From positions 59,543-123,542 of the forward strand of contig JBFMFX010000009.1 of the NCBI GenBank assembly GCA_040752005.1: a stretch of 64,000 nucleotides of DNA, written 5' to 3'. Origin of the DNA: Pseudomonadota bacterium. GTDB taxonomy: Bacteria > Pseudomonadota > Gammaproteobacteria > Burkholderiales > SG8-39. Position 1 is the stretch's first letter; each line of letters opens with the position of its first letter. Of this stretch, positions 29,358 through 39,595 are shown one piece after another. Below the pieces are notes generated by a model, which saw nothing but the letters and a program-made list of their open reading frames with translations, was not told where the DNA came from and made no database searches. A program made the position numbers and the translations under genes.

Positions 29358-30193
29358 TGCTCGGGCTGCCGGCGAACGAGACCCGGTTTCTCGCCGACGC
29401 GGAGCAAATCGCCGCGGCGATTCCCGACGGCGCGCTCGTGGCGCTGCCGCCCGATTACTCGATGCCGGCCATGGCGGTGGTGCGCGCGCTCATCCGGCGC
29501 CGCGCGCGCGGCCTGCGATTGCTGGGCGTGCCGGTGCTCGGCCTGTGCGCCGATCTGCTCATCGGCGCCGGCTGCGTCGCCGAGGTCGAATCGAGCGCGG
29601 TGTCGCTCGGCGAGGCCGGCCCGGCGCCGCGGTTCACCGAGGCGGCGGAGAAGGGCCTCGTGCGCGTACGTGACAGCACCTGCCCGATGGTGCACTCGGC
29701 GCTTCAGGCTGCCGAGAAGGGCGTGCCGTTCATGCCGCTCTCGGGGGTGATCGGCTCGGATCTCCTTGCGCGCCGCGCGGACTGGAAGGTGATCGAGGAT
29801 CCCTTCGGCGCGGACCGGCTCGTGGTCGCGCGCGCGATCACGCCGGAGGTGGCGCTCTTTCACGCGCGCTGGGCTGATGCCGCGGGCAACGTCTGGGTCG
29901 GCCGGCGCCGCGAGCTGGCGACGATCGCGCACGCCTCGCGCGCTTGCTACGTCACGTTCGAGGAGCGGCGCGAGCGCGACATGCTGGAAGACGAGCTGCT
30001 CGCCCCGGGCGTGATCTCGTCGGTGTACGTCACCGCGGCCGCTCCCGCGCCGCGCGGCGCCTGGCCGCTTGGCGTGCCCGACTGCTACGCAATGGACGAC
30101 GCGCACCTCGCGCGCTACGCGCAGGCCGCGCGCACGCAAGAGGGCTTCCGGCGCTATCTCGACGAGTTCGTGCTGAACGCGGTCGCCGCGTGA
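29357..30193 (+). CDS. CoA-transferase subunit A (glutaconate-CoA-transferase-like)
   Basis: ALPPDYSMPAMAVVRALIRR..LRLLGVP... and the C-terminal block are typical of the family I CoA-transferase alpha subunit. This is the C-terminal part of track ORF 28898..30193. Confidence 0.7.
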   Translation: MLGLPANETRFLADAEQIAAAIPDGALVALPPDYSMPAMAVVRALIRRRARGLRLLGVPVLGLCADLLIGAGCVAEVESSAVSLGEAGPAPRFTEAAEKGLVRVRDSTCPMVHSALQAAEKGVPFMPLSGVIGSDLLARRADWKVIEDPFGADRLVVARAITPEVALFHARWADAAGNVWVGRRRELATIAHASRACYVTFEERRERDMLEDELLAPGVISSVYVTAAAPAPRGAWPLGVPDCYAMDDAHLARYAQAARTQEGFRRYLDEFVLNAVAA

Positions 30194-30897
30194 GCTACGC
30201 GCCCGAGGAGCTTCTTGCCTGCGCGATCGCGCGCATGGTCGAGGGCGCGGCGCACGCCGCGGTGGGCGCCGCCTCGCCGATCCCGGCCGCAGGTTGCCTG
30301 CTCGCGCGCGCGCGCGACGGCGCGCGGCCGCGCGTGTCGCTGCTGCACCGGCGCCGCGGCAACCCGTTCAGCGAGGGTTCAAGGGAGCTTTTCGATCTCG
30401 CCGGGCAGGGGCGCATTGACGTGTTCTTCCTCGGCGGCGCGCAGATTGACGGCGAGGCGAACATCAATCTGGTCGAGGCGGGCGGGCGGCGCTTTCCGGG
30501 CTCGTTCGGTTCCGCTTTCATGTACTTCGCGGCAAAGCGCACGATCCTGTTTCGCGAGGAGCACACGCGGCGCGTGCTCGTGCCGCGCGTCGAGTTTGTC
30601 TCGGCGCCAGGCTGCCCTGCGCCGCAGGTCCCGCGCCGCGGTGGCCCTCAGGCGTTGCTCACCGGGCGGGCGCTGTTTGCCTGGGACGCCGATCGGCGCC
30701 GCTTCCGGCTGCAAAGCGTGCATCCGGGCCACAGTGCCGAGGAGGTGCGCGAGCACACCGGGTTCGACTACGACGCGCCGGCGGCGGTGCCGGTGACGCC
30801 CGAGCCGAGCGCCGAGGAGCTGGCGTTGCTGCGCGGGCCGGTGGCGGCGCTGGTTGCCGAGAACTACCCCGGCTTCGCGCGGCGCGTCTGGGGCTAG
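30190..30897 (+). CDS. CoA-transferase subunit B
   Basis: ELLACAIARMVEG...IDVFFLGGAQIDGEANINL... The GTG start overlaps the subunit A stop as GTGA. Confidence 0.7.
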   Translation: MSYAPEELLACAIARMVEGAAHAAVGAASPIPAAGCLLARARDGARPRVSLLHRRRGNPFSEGSRELFDLAGQGRIDVFFLGGAQIDGEANINLVEAGGRRFPGSFGSAFMYFAAKRTILFREEHTRRVLVPRVEFVSAPGCPAPQVPRRGGPQALLTGRALFAWDADRRRFRLQSVHPGHSAEEVREHTGFDYDAPAAVPVTPEPSAEELALLRGPVAALVAENYPGFARRVWG

Positions 30898-30924
30898 CGC
30901 AGCACGATCCGGCCCGGGCGCACG

Positions 30925-32478
30925 ATGGACTACCGCTTCACTTTCGAGCGACATTCGCGGCGCGTCGAGGCGGTGCTCGCCGGCACGGTGATCGCCGACA
31001 GCACGCGCGCGGTCGTGCTGCGCGAGACGCGCCTGCCGCCGGTGTTCTACTTCCCGCGCGAGGACGTGCGCATGGATCTGCTCGCCCCCAGCGCGCACCG
31101 CACGTATTGCCCGCTGCGCGGCAACGCCTCGTACTGGACGGCCGAACTGCCTGCACGGCGCGAGGAAAACATCGCCTGGAGCTACGAGGAGCCGCTCGCC
31201 GAGGCCGAGCCGATCCGCGGCCACATCGCGTTCTACAGCGAGCGGCTCGACGAGCTGCGCGACGGCGGTGCGCCGGTGCCGCCCCACGACCCGGCCGCTT
31301 ACGCCGACTACGGGAATCCGCTGCTCGGCTGGCTGCTGCACGAGGCCCCGGGCTACGGCTCCGCGCGAGACCTCACCGGCGCCCTTGCCGCGCGCATGGT
31401 GGCTGCGGGCATCGCGCTGTGGCGCATGACGGTGCTCTTGCGCACGCTGCATCCGGAGGTGATGGGTACCTCCTATCGCTGGTGGCGCAAGACCTGGGCG
31501 GTGGAGGAATTTCGCGCTCCGTACAGTGTGCTGGAGTCGCCCGAGTACCTGAACAGCCCGGTGCGCGCAATCTTCGAAGGCGCCGGCGGCATCCGCCGGC
31601 GCCTGGAAGGACCGGCGCCGCTGCTCGACTTTGGCATCCTGCGAGACCTGCATGCCGAAGGCGCGACCGACTACGTCGCCATGCGCATGCCGTTTTCCGA
31701 CGGCACGATCAACGTGCTCTCGCTCACCTCCGACCGGTCCGGGGGCTTTTCGACCGCGGATCTCGGCCATGTGTACGAAATCGCCGGGGTGCTCGGGCGC
31801 CTTTACGAGGCGCACGCGATGCGCCGCACCGCGGCCGATCTGCTCGACACCTACCTCGGGCGGCACGCCGGAGAGCGAGTCCTGAACGGCACCATCCGGC
31901 GCGGCGCCGGCGAGGATATTCGCGCCGTGATCTGGTTCTGCGACCTGCGCGAATCCACGCAGCTTGCGCGCGCGAGCGACCGGCGCGAGTTCCTCGCCAC
32001 GCTGAATGAATATTTCGACTGCATGGCGGGGGCGGTGCTGCGGCACGACGGGCACGTGCTGCGCTTCATCGGCGATGCCGCGCTCGCCATCTTCCCGATC
32101 GCCGGCGAAGGCGGGAGGCCGGCGGGCGAGGCCTGTGCCCGCGCGCTCGCGGCGGCACGCGAGGCGGCGCGCTCGGTCGCGGCGCTGAACGACGCTCGCC
32201 GCGGCGCCGGCCGCCCGGAGATCGGTTTCGGCATCGGGCTGCACGTGGGCGAAGTCACGTACGGCAATATCGGCACGCCCTCGCGCCTGGAGTTCACCGT
32301 CGTGGGCGAAGCCGCGAACTACGCCGCGCGCCTCGAGGCGCTCTGCAAGGACCTTGCCGAGCCCGTCGTGGTGTCGGCCGAGTTCGCGCGCCGGGCCGCG
32401 GGACGCTTTCGCTCGCTCGGCCGCCACGCCCTCAGGGGCGTGGACGAACCGCAGGTGCTGTTCGCGCCGGAGCCGTAG
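30925..32478 (+). CDS. DUF427-domain / regulatory domain / class III adenylate-guanylate cyclase fusion protein
   Basis: The N-terminus (FPREDVRMDLLAPSAHRTYCPLRGNASYW...IAWSYEEP) is DUF427-like. The C-terminus (VIWFCDLRESTQLA...LRFIGDAALAIFP...GLHVGEVTYGNIG...FTVVGEAANYAARLE) is a class III cyclase catalytic domain. Confidence 0.8.
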   Translation: MDYRFTFERHSRRVEAVLAGTVIADSTRAVVLRETRLPPVFYFPREDVRMDLLAPSAHRTYCPLRGNASYWTAELPARREENIAWSYEEPLAEAEPIRGHIAFYSERLDELRDGGAPVPPHDPAAYADYGNPLLGWLLHEAPGYGSARDLTGALAARMVAAGIALWRMTVLLRTLHPEVMGTSYRWWRKTWAVEEFRAPYSVLESPEYLNSPVRAIFEGAGGIRRRLEGPAPLLDFGILRDLHAEGATDYVAMRMPFSDGTINVLSLTSDRSGGFSTADLGHVYEIAGVLGRLYEAHAMRRTAADLLDTYLGRHAGERVLNGTIRRGAGEDIRAVIWFCDLRESTQLARASDRREFLATLNEYFDCMAGAVLRHDGHVLRFIGDAALAIFPIAGEGGRPAGEACARALAAAREAARSVAALNDARRGAGRPEIGFGIGLHVGEVTYGNIGTPSRLEFTVVGEAANYAARLEALCKDLAEPVVVSAEFARRAAGRFRSLGRHALRGVDEPQVLFAPEP

Positions 32479-32494
32479 CGCCGCGTTGCGCCGG

Positions 32495-34003
32495 CTACTG
32501 CGCCCAGCCGCGCGCCCGCTCGACCGCCGCGCGCCAGCGCGCAAGCAGATGCTGCGCCTGATCGCGTGACATGCGCGGCTCGAAGCGTCGGTCCATGCGC
32601 CAGTGCGTGACGATTTCCTCGGGCGACTTCCAGACATCCACCGCCAGCCCGGCGAGGTACGCCGCGCCGAGCGCCGTGGTCTCCAAGACCTTCGGTCGGA
32701 CCACCGGCACGCCGAGGATGTCGGCCTGGAACTGCATGAGCATGTTGTTCGCCGCCGCGCCGCCGTCCACACGCAGCTCGGCAAGCGCCTCGCCCGCGTC
32801 CTTCTGCATCGCCTCGAGCACATCGGCGCTCTGATAGGCGATGGATTCGAGCGCCGCGCGCGCAAGGTGCGCGCGGCTCGTCCCGCGCGTAAGGCCGACG
32901 ATCAGCCCCCGCGCGCGCGGATCCCAGTGCGGCGCACCGAGACCGGCGAACGCCGGCACCAGAACCACGCCGCCGGAGTCGAGCACCTCCCCCGCAAGCG
33001 CCTCGACCTCGGCCGAGGAGGAAAAAAACTTCAGCTCGTCGCGCAGCCACTGCACCACCGCCCCGCCGATGAAGACGCTGCCCTCCAGCGCGTACTGCCG
33101 CGCCACGTCGCGCGCATCGAGCGCGCGCCCGACCTGCGCCGCGGCGGTGGCGAGAAGGCCGTTTTCCGAGCGCACCGCGCGGCTGCCGGTGTGCAGCAGC
33201 AGGAAGCAGCCGGTGCCGTAGGTGTTCTTCGCCATGCCGCGGCGGTGGCAGCCCTGGCCGAAGAGCGCCGCCTGCTGATCGCCCGCGATGCCGGTGATCG
33301 GCACGGCCTCGCCGAGCACCGCCGGCGCGAGCATGCCGAAGGCGTGCGAGGAAGGGTACACATCGGGCAGGATCGCGCGCGGCACGTCGAAGAGCTGAAG
33401 CAGCTCCGGGTCCCAGTCGCCGGTATGGAGGTTGAACAGCAGCGTGCGCGAGGCGTTCGACGGGTCGGTGACGTGCGTGCGCGTGCCCGAGAGCTTCCAT
33501 ACCAGCCAGGTGTCCACGGTGCCAAAGGCGAGCTCGCCGCGCTCGGCACGCGCGCGCGCGCCGGGGATGCGATCGAGCAGCCAGGCGAGTTTGGTCGCCG
33601 AGAAATACGGATCGAGCACGAGTCCGGTGCGCTCGCGAACGAGGCTTTCGGCGCCGATTCCTTTCAGCTCCTCGCACATCGGCGCGGTGCGCCGGTCCTG
33701 CCACACGATCGCGCGCGCAAGCGGCTCGCCGCTCTGGCGGTCCCAGAGCAGCGTCGTTTCGCGCTGGTTGGTGATGCCGCAGGCGACGATATCGCGCGCC
33801 GCCAGGCCCGAAAGCCTGAGCGCCTCGCGCGCGCAGTCGCGCGCGCTCTGCCAGAGGTCGTCCGGGTCGTGCTCGACCCAGCCGGGCTCGGGGTACCACT
33901 GGCGAAACTCGCGCTGCGCGCTCGCCACCGGCGCGCCGGTCTCGTCGAAGATGATCGCGCGCGAGCTGCTCGTGCCCTGATCGAGGGCGAGGACGTAGCG
34001 CAT
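32495..34003 (-). CDS. glpK: Glycerol kinase
   Basis: [23 protein letters not shown]...GWVEHDP...GITNQRETT is the canonical GlpK pattern. Confidence 0.95.
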   Translation of the reverse strand: MRYVLALDQGTSSSRAIIFDETGAPVASAQREFRQWYPEPGWVEHDPDDLWQSARDCAREALRLSGLAARDIVACGITNQRETTLLWDRQSGEPLARAIVWQDRRTAPMCEELKGIGAESLVRERTGLVLDPYFSATKLAWLLDRIPGARARAERGELAFGTVDTWLVWKLSGTRTHVTDPSNASRTLLFNLHTGDWDPELLQLFDVPRAILPDVYPSSHAFGMLAPAVLGEAVPITGIAGDQQAALFGQGCHRRGMAKNTYGTGCFLLLHTGSRAVRSENGLLATAAAQVGRALDARDVARQYALEGSVFIGGAVVQWLRDELKFFSSSAEVEALAGEVLDSGGVVLVPAFAGLGAPHWDPRARGLIVGLTRGTSRAHLARAALESIAYQSADVLEAMQKDAGEALAELRVDGGAAANNMLMQFQADILGVPVVRPKVLETTALGAAYLAGLAVDVWKSPEEIVTHWRMDRRFEPRMSRDQAQHLLARWRAAVERARGWAQ

Positions 34004-34058
34004 GGCGGCGATTCTAGCAACCGGTGCGACGCCGAGGCGGCGCGCCCGCGTCGCGCTC

Positions 34059-35858
34059 TCAGTAGGCGCCTTCCCAGGGCCGGCTCAGGCGCATCGCGCA
34101 GTTGATCAGCCCGACCAGGCTGTAGGTCTGCGGGTAGTTGCCCCACAGCTCGCCGGTCGCCGGATCGAGGTGCTCGGAGAAGATGCCGTGCCGGTTGCGG
34201 CGGGCGAGCAGGCGCTCGAACAGCGCGCGCGCCTCGTCCCGCCGCCCGAGCGCCGCGAGCGCGTCGGCGTACCAGAACGTGCACACGATGAACGCATTTT
34301 CCGGCACGCCGAAGTCGTCCGGCTCGACGTAGCGGAAGATGAGATCGCCCTTGCGCAGCCGCCGCCCGATCGTCTCGACCGTCGCGCCGAAGCGGGGATC
34401 GTCGGCGCGCACGAAGCCGAGCTCGGCCATCAGCAGCAGGCTGGCGTCCGGCTCCTCGCCGCCGAACGTGCCGGTGAACGACTTGCAGCGCTCGCTCCAG
34501 GCACCGGCGAGGATGCGCTCGCGCAGCGCGTCGGCCTGCGCGCGCCAGCGCGCCGCGCGCTCGCCCAGACCCAGCCGCAGTGCGATCCGCGCCAGCCGGT
34601 CGCACGCCACCCAGCACATGACGCTGGAGAACGTGTGCACGCGCGCCACGCCGCGCCGCTCCCACAACCCGGCGTCCGGCCGGTCGTAGACGCGGGCCGC
34701 GATCTCGCCGAGCGGCTCCAGGCGCGCGAACAGGGCCGGCAGATCCGGCCACACGATGCGCCGGTCGAAGAACAGGTGCGTCGCCGCGAGCACCGCCGAG
34801 CCGTACACGTCGTTTTGCACCTGCTCGACCGCCTGGTTGCCGACGCGCACCGGCCCCATGCCGCGGTAGCCCGCGAGCGCGGGCTCGACGCGCTCGGCGA
34901 GCCGCGCATCGCCGTTGACGCGGTACACCGGCCGCAGGCGCTCGGCGCCGTCGGCGGCGACGATGTTGATCACGTAGCGCAGGTAGCGCTCCATGGTGTC
35001 GGTCGCGCTCAGGCGGTTGAGCGCGGCGACCACGAAGTAGGCGTCGCGCAGCCAGCAGTAGCGGTAGTCCCAGTTGCGCCCGCTTGCCGGCGCCTCGGGG
35101 ATCGAGGTGGTCATCGCGGCGACGATCGCGCCGGTGTCGTCGTAGGCGTTGAGCTTGAGCGTGATCGCGGCGCGGATCACCGCATCCTGCCATTCGAAGG
35201 GAATGCCGAGATAGCGTACCCACTCGCGCCAGTAGGAGCGCGTCTCGTCGAAGAAGCGCCGGCCGAGATCGTGGACGTTTTCCGGCACGGTTTCGTCCGG
35301 ACCGAGCAGCAGCGTCACCGGATGGTCGAGCACGAACGGCATCTCGTCGGCGATCGCGGTGATCGAGGCGTCGGTCGTCAGGCGCAGGGTGGGCGCCGGC
35401 CCGACGTAGCGCAGGTGGTTGCTGCCGAACGTGACCTCGGGGCGCCGGCTGCCCCAGGCGCAGGCCGGGCGCAGGCGCACGCGCACGCGCGGGGCGCCGG
35501 CAAGTGGCCGCAGCTGCCGCACCAGCATCAACGGCCGGAAGACCCGGCCGTACTGGCGAAAGCGCGGCGCGAAATCGGCCACCTCGACCGCGCCGCCGCG
35601 CGCGTCGTACAGGCGCGTGAGCAGGATCGCGGTGTTCTCGAGGTATTCCTGTTCGGTGTGGGCAAGGCCCTCCAGCTCGATCGCGTAGAACCCGAAATCG
35701 TCGCTTGCGCGCGCCGGGCGCAGCAGGTCGCAGAAAACCGGGTCGCCGTCGAAGCGCGGCATGCACGACCAGACGACGTCGCCGTTCGGGGCGATCAGCG
35801 CTCCGAAGGCGCAATTGCCGACGACGCCGAGATCGAGCGAGGGCACGGCGCCGCTCAC
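34059..35858 (-). CDS. Glycoside hydrolase family 15 (glucoamylase/trehalase-like)
   Basis: [16 protein letters not shown]...CTFWYADAL is the GH15 catalytic-domain pattern. It is co-operonic with otsBA. Confidence 0.85.
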   Translation of the reverse strand: MSGAVPSLDLGVVGNCAFGALIAPNGDVVWSCMPRFDGDPVFCDLLRPARASDDFGFYAIELEGLAHTEQEYLENTAILLTRLYDARGGAVEVADFAPRFRQYGRVFRPLMLVRQLRPLAGAPRVRVRLRPACAWGSRRPEVTFGSNHLRYVGPAPTLRLTTDASITAIADEMPFVLDHPVTLLLGPDETVPENVHDLGRRFFDETRSYWREWVRYLGIPFEWQDAVIRAAITLKLNAYDDTGAIVAAMTTSIPEAPASGRNWDYRYCWLRDAYFVVAALNRLSATDTMERYLRYVINIVAADGAERLRPVYRVNGDARLAERVEPALAGYRGMGPVRVGNQAVEQVQNDVYGSAVLAATHLFFDRRIVWPDLPALFARLEPLGEIAARVYDRPDAGLWERRGVARVHTFSSVMCWVACDRLARIALRLGLGERAARWRAQADALRERILAGAWSERCKSFTGTFGGEEPDASLLLMAELGFVRADDPRFGATVETIGRRLRKGDLIFRYVEPDDFGVPENAFIVCTFWYADALAALGRRDEARALFERLLARRNRHGIFSEHLDPATGELWGNYPQTYSLVGLINCAMRLSRPWEGAY

Positions 35859-36646
35859 GGCGCGCGCTCGAGCCAGTCGGCGTAGGCGCCGAGCCAGCCG
35901 CGCACCTCGGCGCTGCTCGCGAGCCGCCAGCGCGCGGCGCTCGCGCCCGCGCCGACCTTGACCGAATGCCCGCCGATGCGATTGACCAGCGCGAAGCCGT
36001 GCTCGTCGGAAAGATCGTCGCCGATGAACACCGCGACGCGCCCCGCGAACGGCGGCTCGCGCAGGAACGCGGCGATCGCGCCGCCCTTGTCGCTGCCGCG
36101 CGGCACCAGCTCACGCACCATCTTGCCGCGCTGCAGCGCAAATTCCCCGGCGCTCGCGGCGGCGAGGTCGCCGAGCGCGCGCTCGACGGCCGGCTCGAGG
36201 TGCGGCGCGCCGCGGAAGTGCACCGCGAGGGCGGCGCCCTTGTCCTCGACGAGCAGCTGCGGGTGGCGTGCCGCCAGCGCGGCGAGGGCCGCGCGCGCCT
36301 GCGCGAGGGCGCCGTCCGCCGGGGGCTCGAGCACGCGCGCGCCGCTCGCGCCGCGCCGCTCGGCGCCGTGCTGGCCGGCGGCCGCGAGCCGCAGCGGCGC
36401 GAACAGGCGGTCGAGGTCCGCGACCGAGCGCCCGCTCACCAGCGCCACCGCTCCGTGCATCGAGCGCTGCAGGCGGTCGAGCGCCGCGACGAGCCCGGCC
36501 TCCGCGCGCGCCGCGCCCGGGTGTTCGGCAAGCTCGAGCAGTGTCCCGTCCACGTCGAGAAACAGCGCCCAGCCGCGCGCAAAAGCGGGTACGCGCGCGC
36601 CGGCGGGGGCGGCGCCGGTGTCCTCGCGCTGCGGTTGCGGGCTCAC
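35855..36646 (-). CDS. otsB: Trehalose-6-phosphate phosphatase
   Basis: The HAD motifs are [10 protein letters not shown] ... VSGR ... GDDLSDE. The GTG start overlaps the otsA stop as GTGA. Confidence 0.88.
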   Translation of the reverse strand: MSPQPQREDTGAAPAGARVPAFARGWALFLDVDGTLLELAEHPGAARAEAGLVAALDRLQRSMHGAVALVSGRSVADLDRLFAPLRLAAAGQHGAERRGASGARVLEPPADGALAQARAALAALAARHPQLLVEDKGAALAVHFRGAPHLEPAVERALGDLAAASAGEFALQRGKMVRELVPRGSDKGGAIAAFLREPPFAGRVAVFIGDDLSDEHGFALVNRIGGHSVKVGAGASAARWRLASSAEVRGWLGAYADWLERAP

Positions 36647-38880
36647 GGATTCGTGCCCCCGATCACCCTCAGCCGCTGCGCGCTCAGGCGCTGCAGCTTC
36701 TGCCGCTGCCGGATGCGCGCCGCCTCCATCAGCATGCGTCCCGCCCAGCGGAACACGTTGTGCTCGCGCACGGTACGGCGCATGAGGCGCATGCGCTCGC
36801 GCCGCTCCGGGCGCGGCATGCGCAGCGCCTGGCCCAGCGCGCGCGCCGTGCCGTCCACGTCGAAGGGGTTGACGATCAGGGCCTCGACCAGCTCGCGCGA
36901 GGCGCCGGCGAAGGCCGAGAGCACCAGCACGCCGTCGTCGTCGTCGCGCGCGGCGATGAACTCCTTGGCGACCAGGTTCATGCCGTCGTGCAGGCTGTTG
37001 ACGACGCAGAAGTCGCAGGCGCGATACAGCGTGTAGACCTGCTCGGGGCTCCAGTGCTCGCCGACGAGGATCACCGGCCGGTAGCCGGGCGCGCCGAAGC
37101 GCCGGTTGACGCGATCGATCGCCTCCGCGGTCGCGCGCTGCAGTTCCCGGTACACCGGCAGCTTGCTGCGCGAGGGCGCGGCGACCTGGACGAACACCAG
37201 CCGGCCGCGCCACTGCGGCTCGGCCTCGAGCAGGCGCTCGAGCGCCAGGATGCGGTCCACGATGCCCTTGGTGTAGTCCCAGCGCTCGACGCCGGCGCCC
37301 AGCCGCACGTCCGGTTGCAGTCCGAAGCGCTCGAGCATGCGGCGCCGGCATTCCGGCACCGGCGGCAGCGCGGCGAGCCATTGCGGCGGCCATTCGATCG
37401 AGATCGGGTAGGGCGCGACCTGGCACAGGTGCTCGCCGGTGGTGACGCTCGAGTGCTCGCGGTCAATGTGGCTCTCGATGTAGCGGTCCACCGTGGCGAG
37501 GAAGTTCAGGCAGTGGTATCGGGTGTGAAAGCCGAGGATGTCCGCCTGCAGCATGGACTGCAGCAGCTCGTTGCGCCACGGGCAGATGCCGAAGGTTTCC
37601 GGATTCGGCCACGGGATGTGCCAGAACAGCGCCACGGTGGCCTGCGGCAGGCGCTCGCGCAACAGCCCGGGCAGCAGCGCGAAGTGATAGTCCTGCACCA
37701 GCACCACCGGGCGTTCGCCGCGCGCCTCTTTGGCCACCGCCTCGGCGAAGCGCTCGTTCACGGCGCAGTAGTGCGCCCAGTCCGCGCTGCGAAAGCTCGG
37801 CCGTACGTAGGCGAGGTGGCACAGCGGCCACAGCCCCTCGTTCGCGAAACCGTAGTAGTAGCCCTGCTCCTCGGCCTCGGTCAGCCACACGCGCCGCAGC
37901 GCATAGCTCGGGTTGTGCGGCGGCACGCGGACGCGGTCGTCGGCGTCCACCACCTCGCGGTCGGCCTCGCCGCTGCCGTGCGCCACCCAGACCCCGTTGC
38001 AGGCGCGCACCACCGGTTCGAGCGCGGTCACCATCCCGCTTGCGGGGTATTGCGCCACGATGCGCTCGCCGACGCGCCGGTGGATCCAGGGCTCGCGGTT
38101 CGACACCACGATGAGCTGCGCGTTCTCCAGGTGCCCCTTGACGACCTGCTGCAGCGCCTCGGCGCTCCAGTTCTCGCGAAAGTCCGCTTCCAGCCGCTGC
38201 GTGGTCTCGATCTCGCGCAGCACCTGCCGCACCTGCGAGAGCACGACGTGCGCCGGATGCGTCGCCTCGCTGCCGGAGAAGCCGAGCCTGCGGATATCGC
38301 GCACCAGCGCCACCACCCAGCCGCGCAGCACCACCCAGGCGACGAGCACGCACAGCAGCAGCACCACCGCGCCCGAGACGCTGAGGAAGGCGACCAGGTG
38401 ATCGCGGGCGCGCGACTGGCGGCGGTCAATGAAGCCGAGGTCGTGCACGATCGCGACGCTGTAGCCCTCGGCGGCGAACTTCTCCATCGGGAAGCGCGCG
38501 ACATGCAGCAGCCCCTGCGCCCCCTGCACGAGCTCGGAGTTCGGCGCGCGCGGCGCGGCGTCCGGGCAGGCCACCTCTTTCGGCGCGCCGTCGGAGCGAT
38601 GCAGGAGTTTCGCCTCTGGCGCGCACACCAGCACCGCCACCAGGCGCCGGTCGGTGGTGATGCGCGCGAGGTAGCGCCGTACCTGCACCGCCGAGCGCTT
38701 CTCGAGCAGCGGCGCGAGCCCTTCCTCGATGGTGTTGAAGACGAGCTGCGCGCGCATCTCGACGTCGGCCTGGAACCATTCGGTGAGCACGCGCTCGGCG
38801 AACGGCACCGCGAACCACGTCGCCGCCCCGAGCGCGAGAACGAGCGGCACGCCGAATTTCCACAGCACGTTCTTGAGCAT
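36643..38880 (-). CDS. otsA: Trehalose-6-phosphate synthase (GT20) with an N-terminal membrane-anchored extension of about 255 aa
   Basis: The GT20 body starts at [12 protein letters not shown]. Upstream are two hydrophobic segments ([21 protein letters not shown] and [24 protein letters not shown]). ATG is at 38880. The further upstream part of track ORF 36643..39207 was discarded. Confidence 0.88.
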   Translation of the reverse strand: MLKNVLWKFGVPLVLALGAATWFAVPFAERVLTEWFQADVEMRAQLVFNTIEEGLAPLLEKRSAVQVRRYLARITTDRRLVAVLVCAPEAKLLHRSDGAPKEVACPDAAPRAPNSELVQGAQGLLHVARFPMEKFAAEGYSVAIVHDLGFIDRRQSRARDHLVAFLSVSGAVVLLLCVLVAWVVLRGWVVALVRDIRRLGFSGSEATHPAHVVLSQVRQVLREIETTQRLEADFRENWSAEALQQVVKGHLENAQLIVVSNREPWIHRRVGERIVAQYPASGMVTALEPVVRACNGVWVAHGSGEADREVVDADDRVRVPPHNPSYALRRVWLTEAEEQGYYYGFANEGLWPLCHLAYVRPSFRSADWAHYCAVNERFAEAVAKEARGERPVVLVQDYHFALLPGLLRERLPQATVALFWHIPWPNPETFGICPWRNELLQSMLQADILGFHTRYHCLNFLATVDRYIESHIDREHSSVTTGEHLCQVAPYPISIEWPPQWLAALPPVPECRRRMLERFGLQPDVRLGAGVERWDYTKGIVDRILALERLLEAEPQWRGRLVFVQVAAPSRSKLPVYRELQRATAEAIDRVNRRFGAPGYRPVILVGEHWSPEQVYTLYRACDFCVVNSLHDGMNLVAKEFIAARDDDDGVLVLSAFAGASRELVEALIVNPFDVDGTARALGQALRMPRPERRERMRLMRRTVREHNVFRWAGRMLMEAARIRQRQKLQRLSAQRLRVIGGTNP

Positions 38881-38935
38881 GACGGCCTCCGAACCGCGCG
38901 CGCGAGGAGCTACCGTAGCACGGCGCGCAGGCGAG

Positions 38936-39592
38936 TCAAGCGCCGCCGCCTCGGCCGCGCTCGGCGTCGCGATCCGCCGCGAGCGCAAAGCGCACCAGCT
39001 CGGCGACGTTGCGCACGCCGAGCTTGGCCATGATGCGCGTCTTGTGCACCTCCACCGTGCGCGGGCTGATGCCGAGCGAGCGCGCGATCTCCTTGGCGTG
39101 CAGGCCGAGCGCCGCCTTCTCCAGCACCTCGCGCTCGCGCGGGGTGAGCGCGGCCAGGCGCTCGGCCTCGGCGCGGCGCAGCGCGTCGTGCCGCAGCCGC
39201 TCGGCATCGCGCGCGAGCGCCGCCTCGACCGCCGCGCGCAGCTGTTCCTCGCTGAACGGCTTTTCGATGAAGTCCACCGCCTCGGCGAGAAACGCGCGCC
39301 GCGCGGTGGCGACGTCGCCGTGCGCGGTGATGAACACGAACGGCAGGCGGCTGCCGCGCCGGCGCAGCTCGGCCTGCAGCTCGACCCCGGACAGTCCCGG
39401 CAGGCGCAGATCGGTGAGCACGCAGCCGCTCAGGTCCTCGCGCCAGGCGGCGAGGAACGACTCGGCGTCGGCGAACAGCGCGGTGCGGTAGCCCGCGAGT
39501 CCGAGCATCAGCGCGATCGAGTCGCGCACCGAGGCGTCGTCCTCGACGATGTACACCGTCGGCGCGGCGCAGGAGCCGGGCGGTTCGCGCAT
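38936..39592 (-). CDS. FixJ/LuxR-family response regulator
   Basis: The receiver reads VYIVEDDASVRDS...LTDLRLPGLSG. The LuxR HTH reads LTPREREVLEKAALGLHAKEIARSLGISPRTVEVHK. Confidence 0.92.
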   Translation of the reverse strand: MREPPGSCAAPTVYIVEDDASVRDSIALMLGLAGYRTALFADAESFLAAWREDLSGCVLTDLRLPGLSGVELQAELRRRGSRLPFVFITAHGDVATARRAFLAEAVDFIEKPFSEEQLRAAVEAALARDAERLRHDALRRAEAERLAALTPREREVLEKAALGLHAKEIARSLGISPRTVEVHKTRIMAKLGVRNVAELVRFALAADRDAERGRGGGA

Positions 39593-39595
39593 CGT

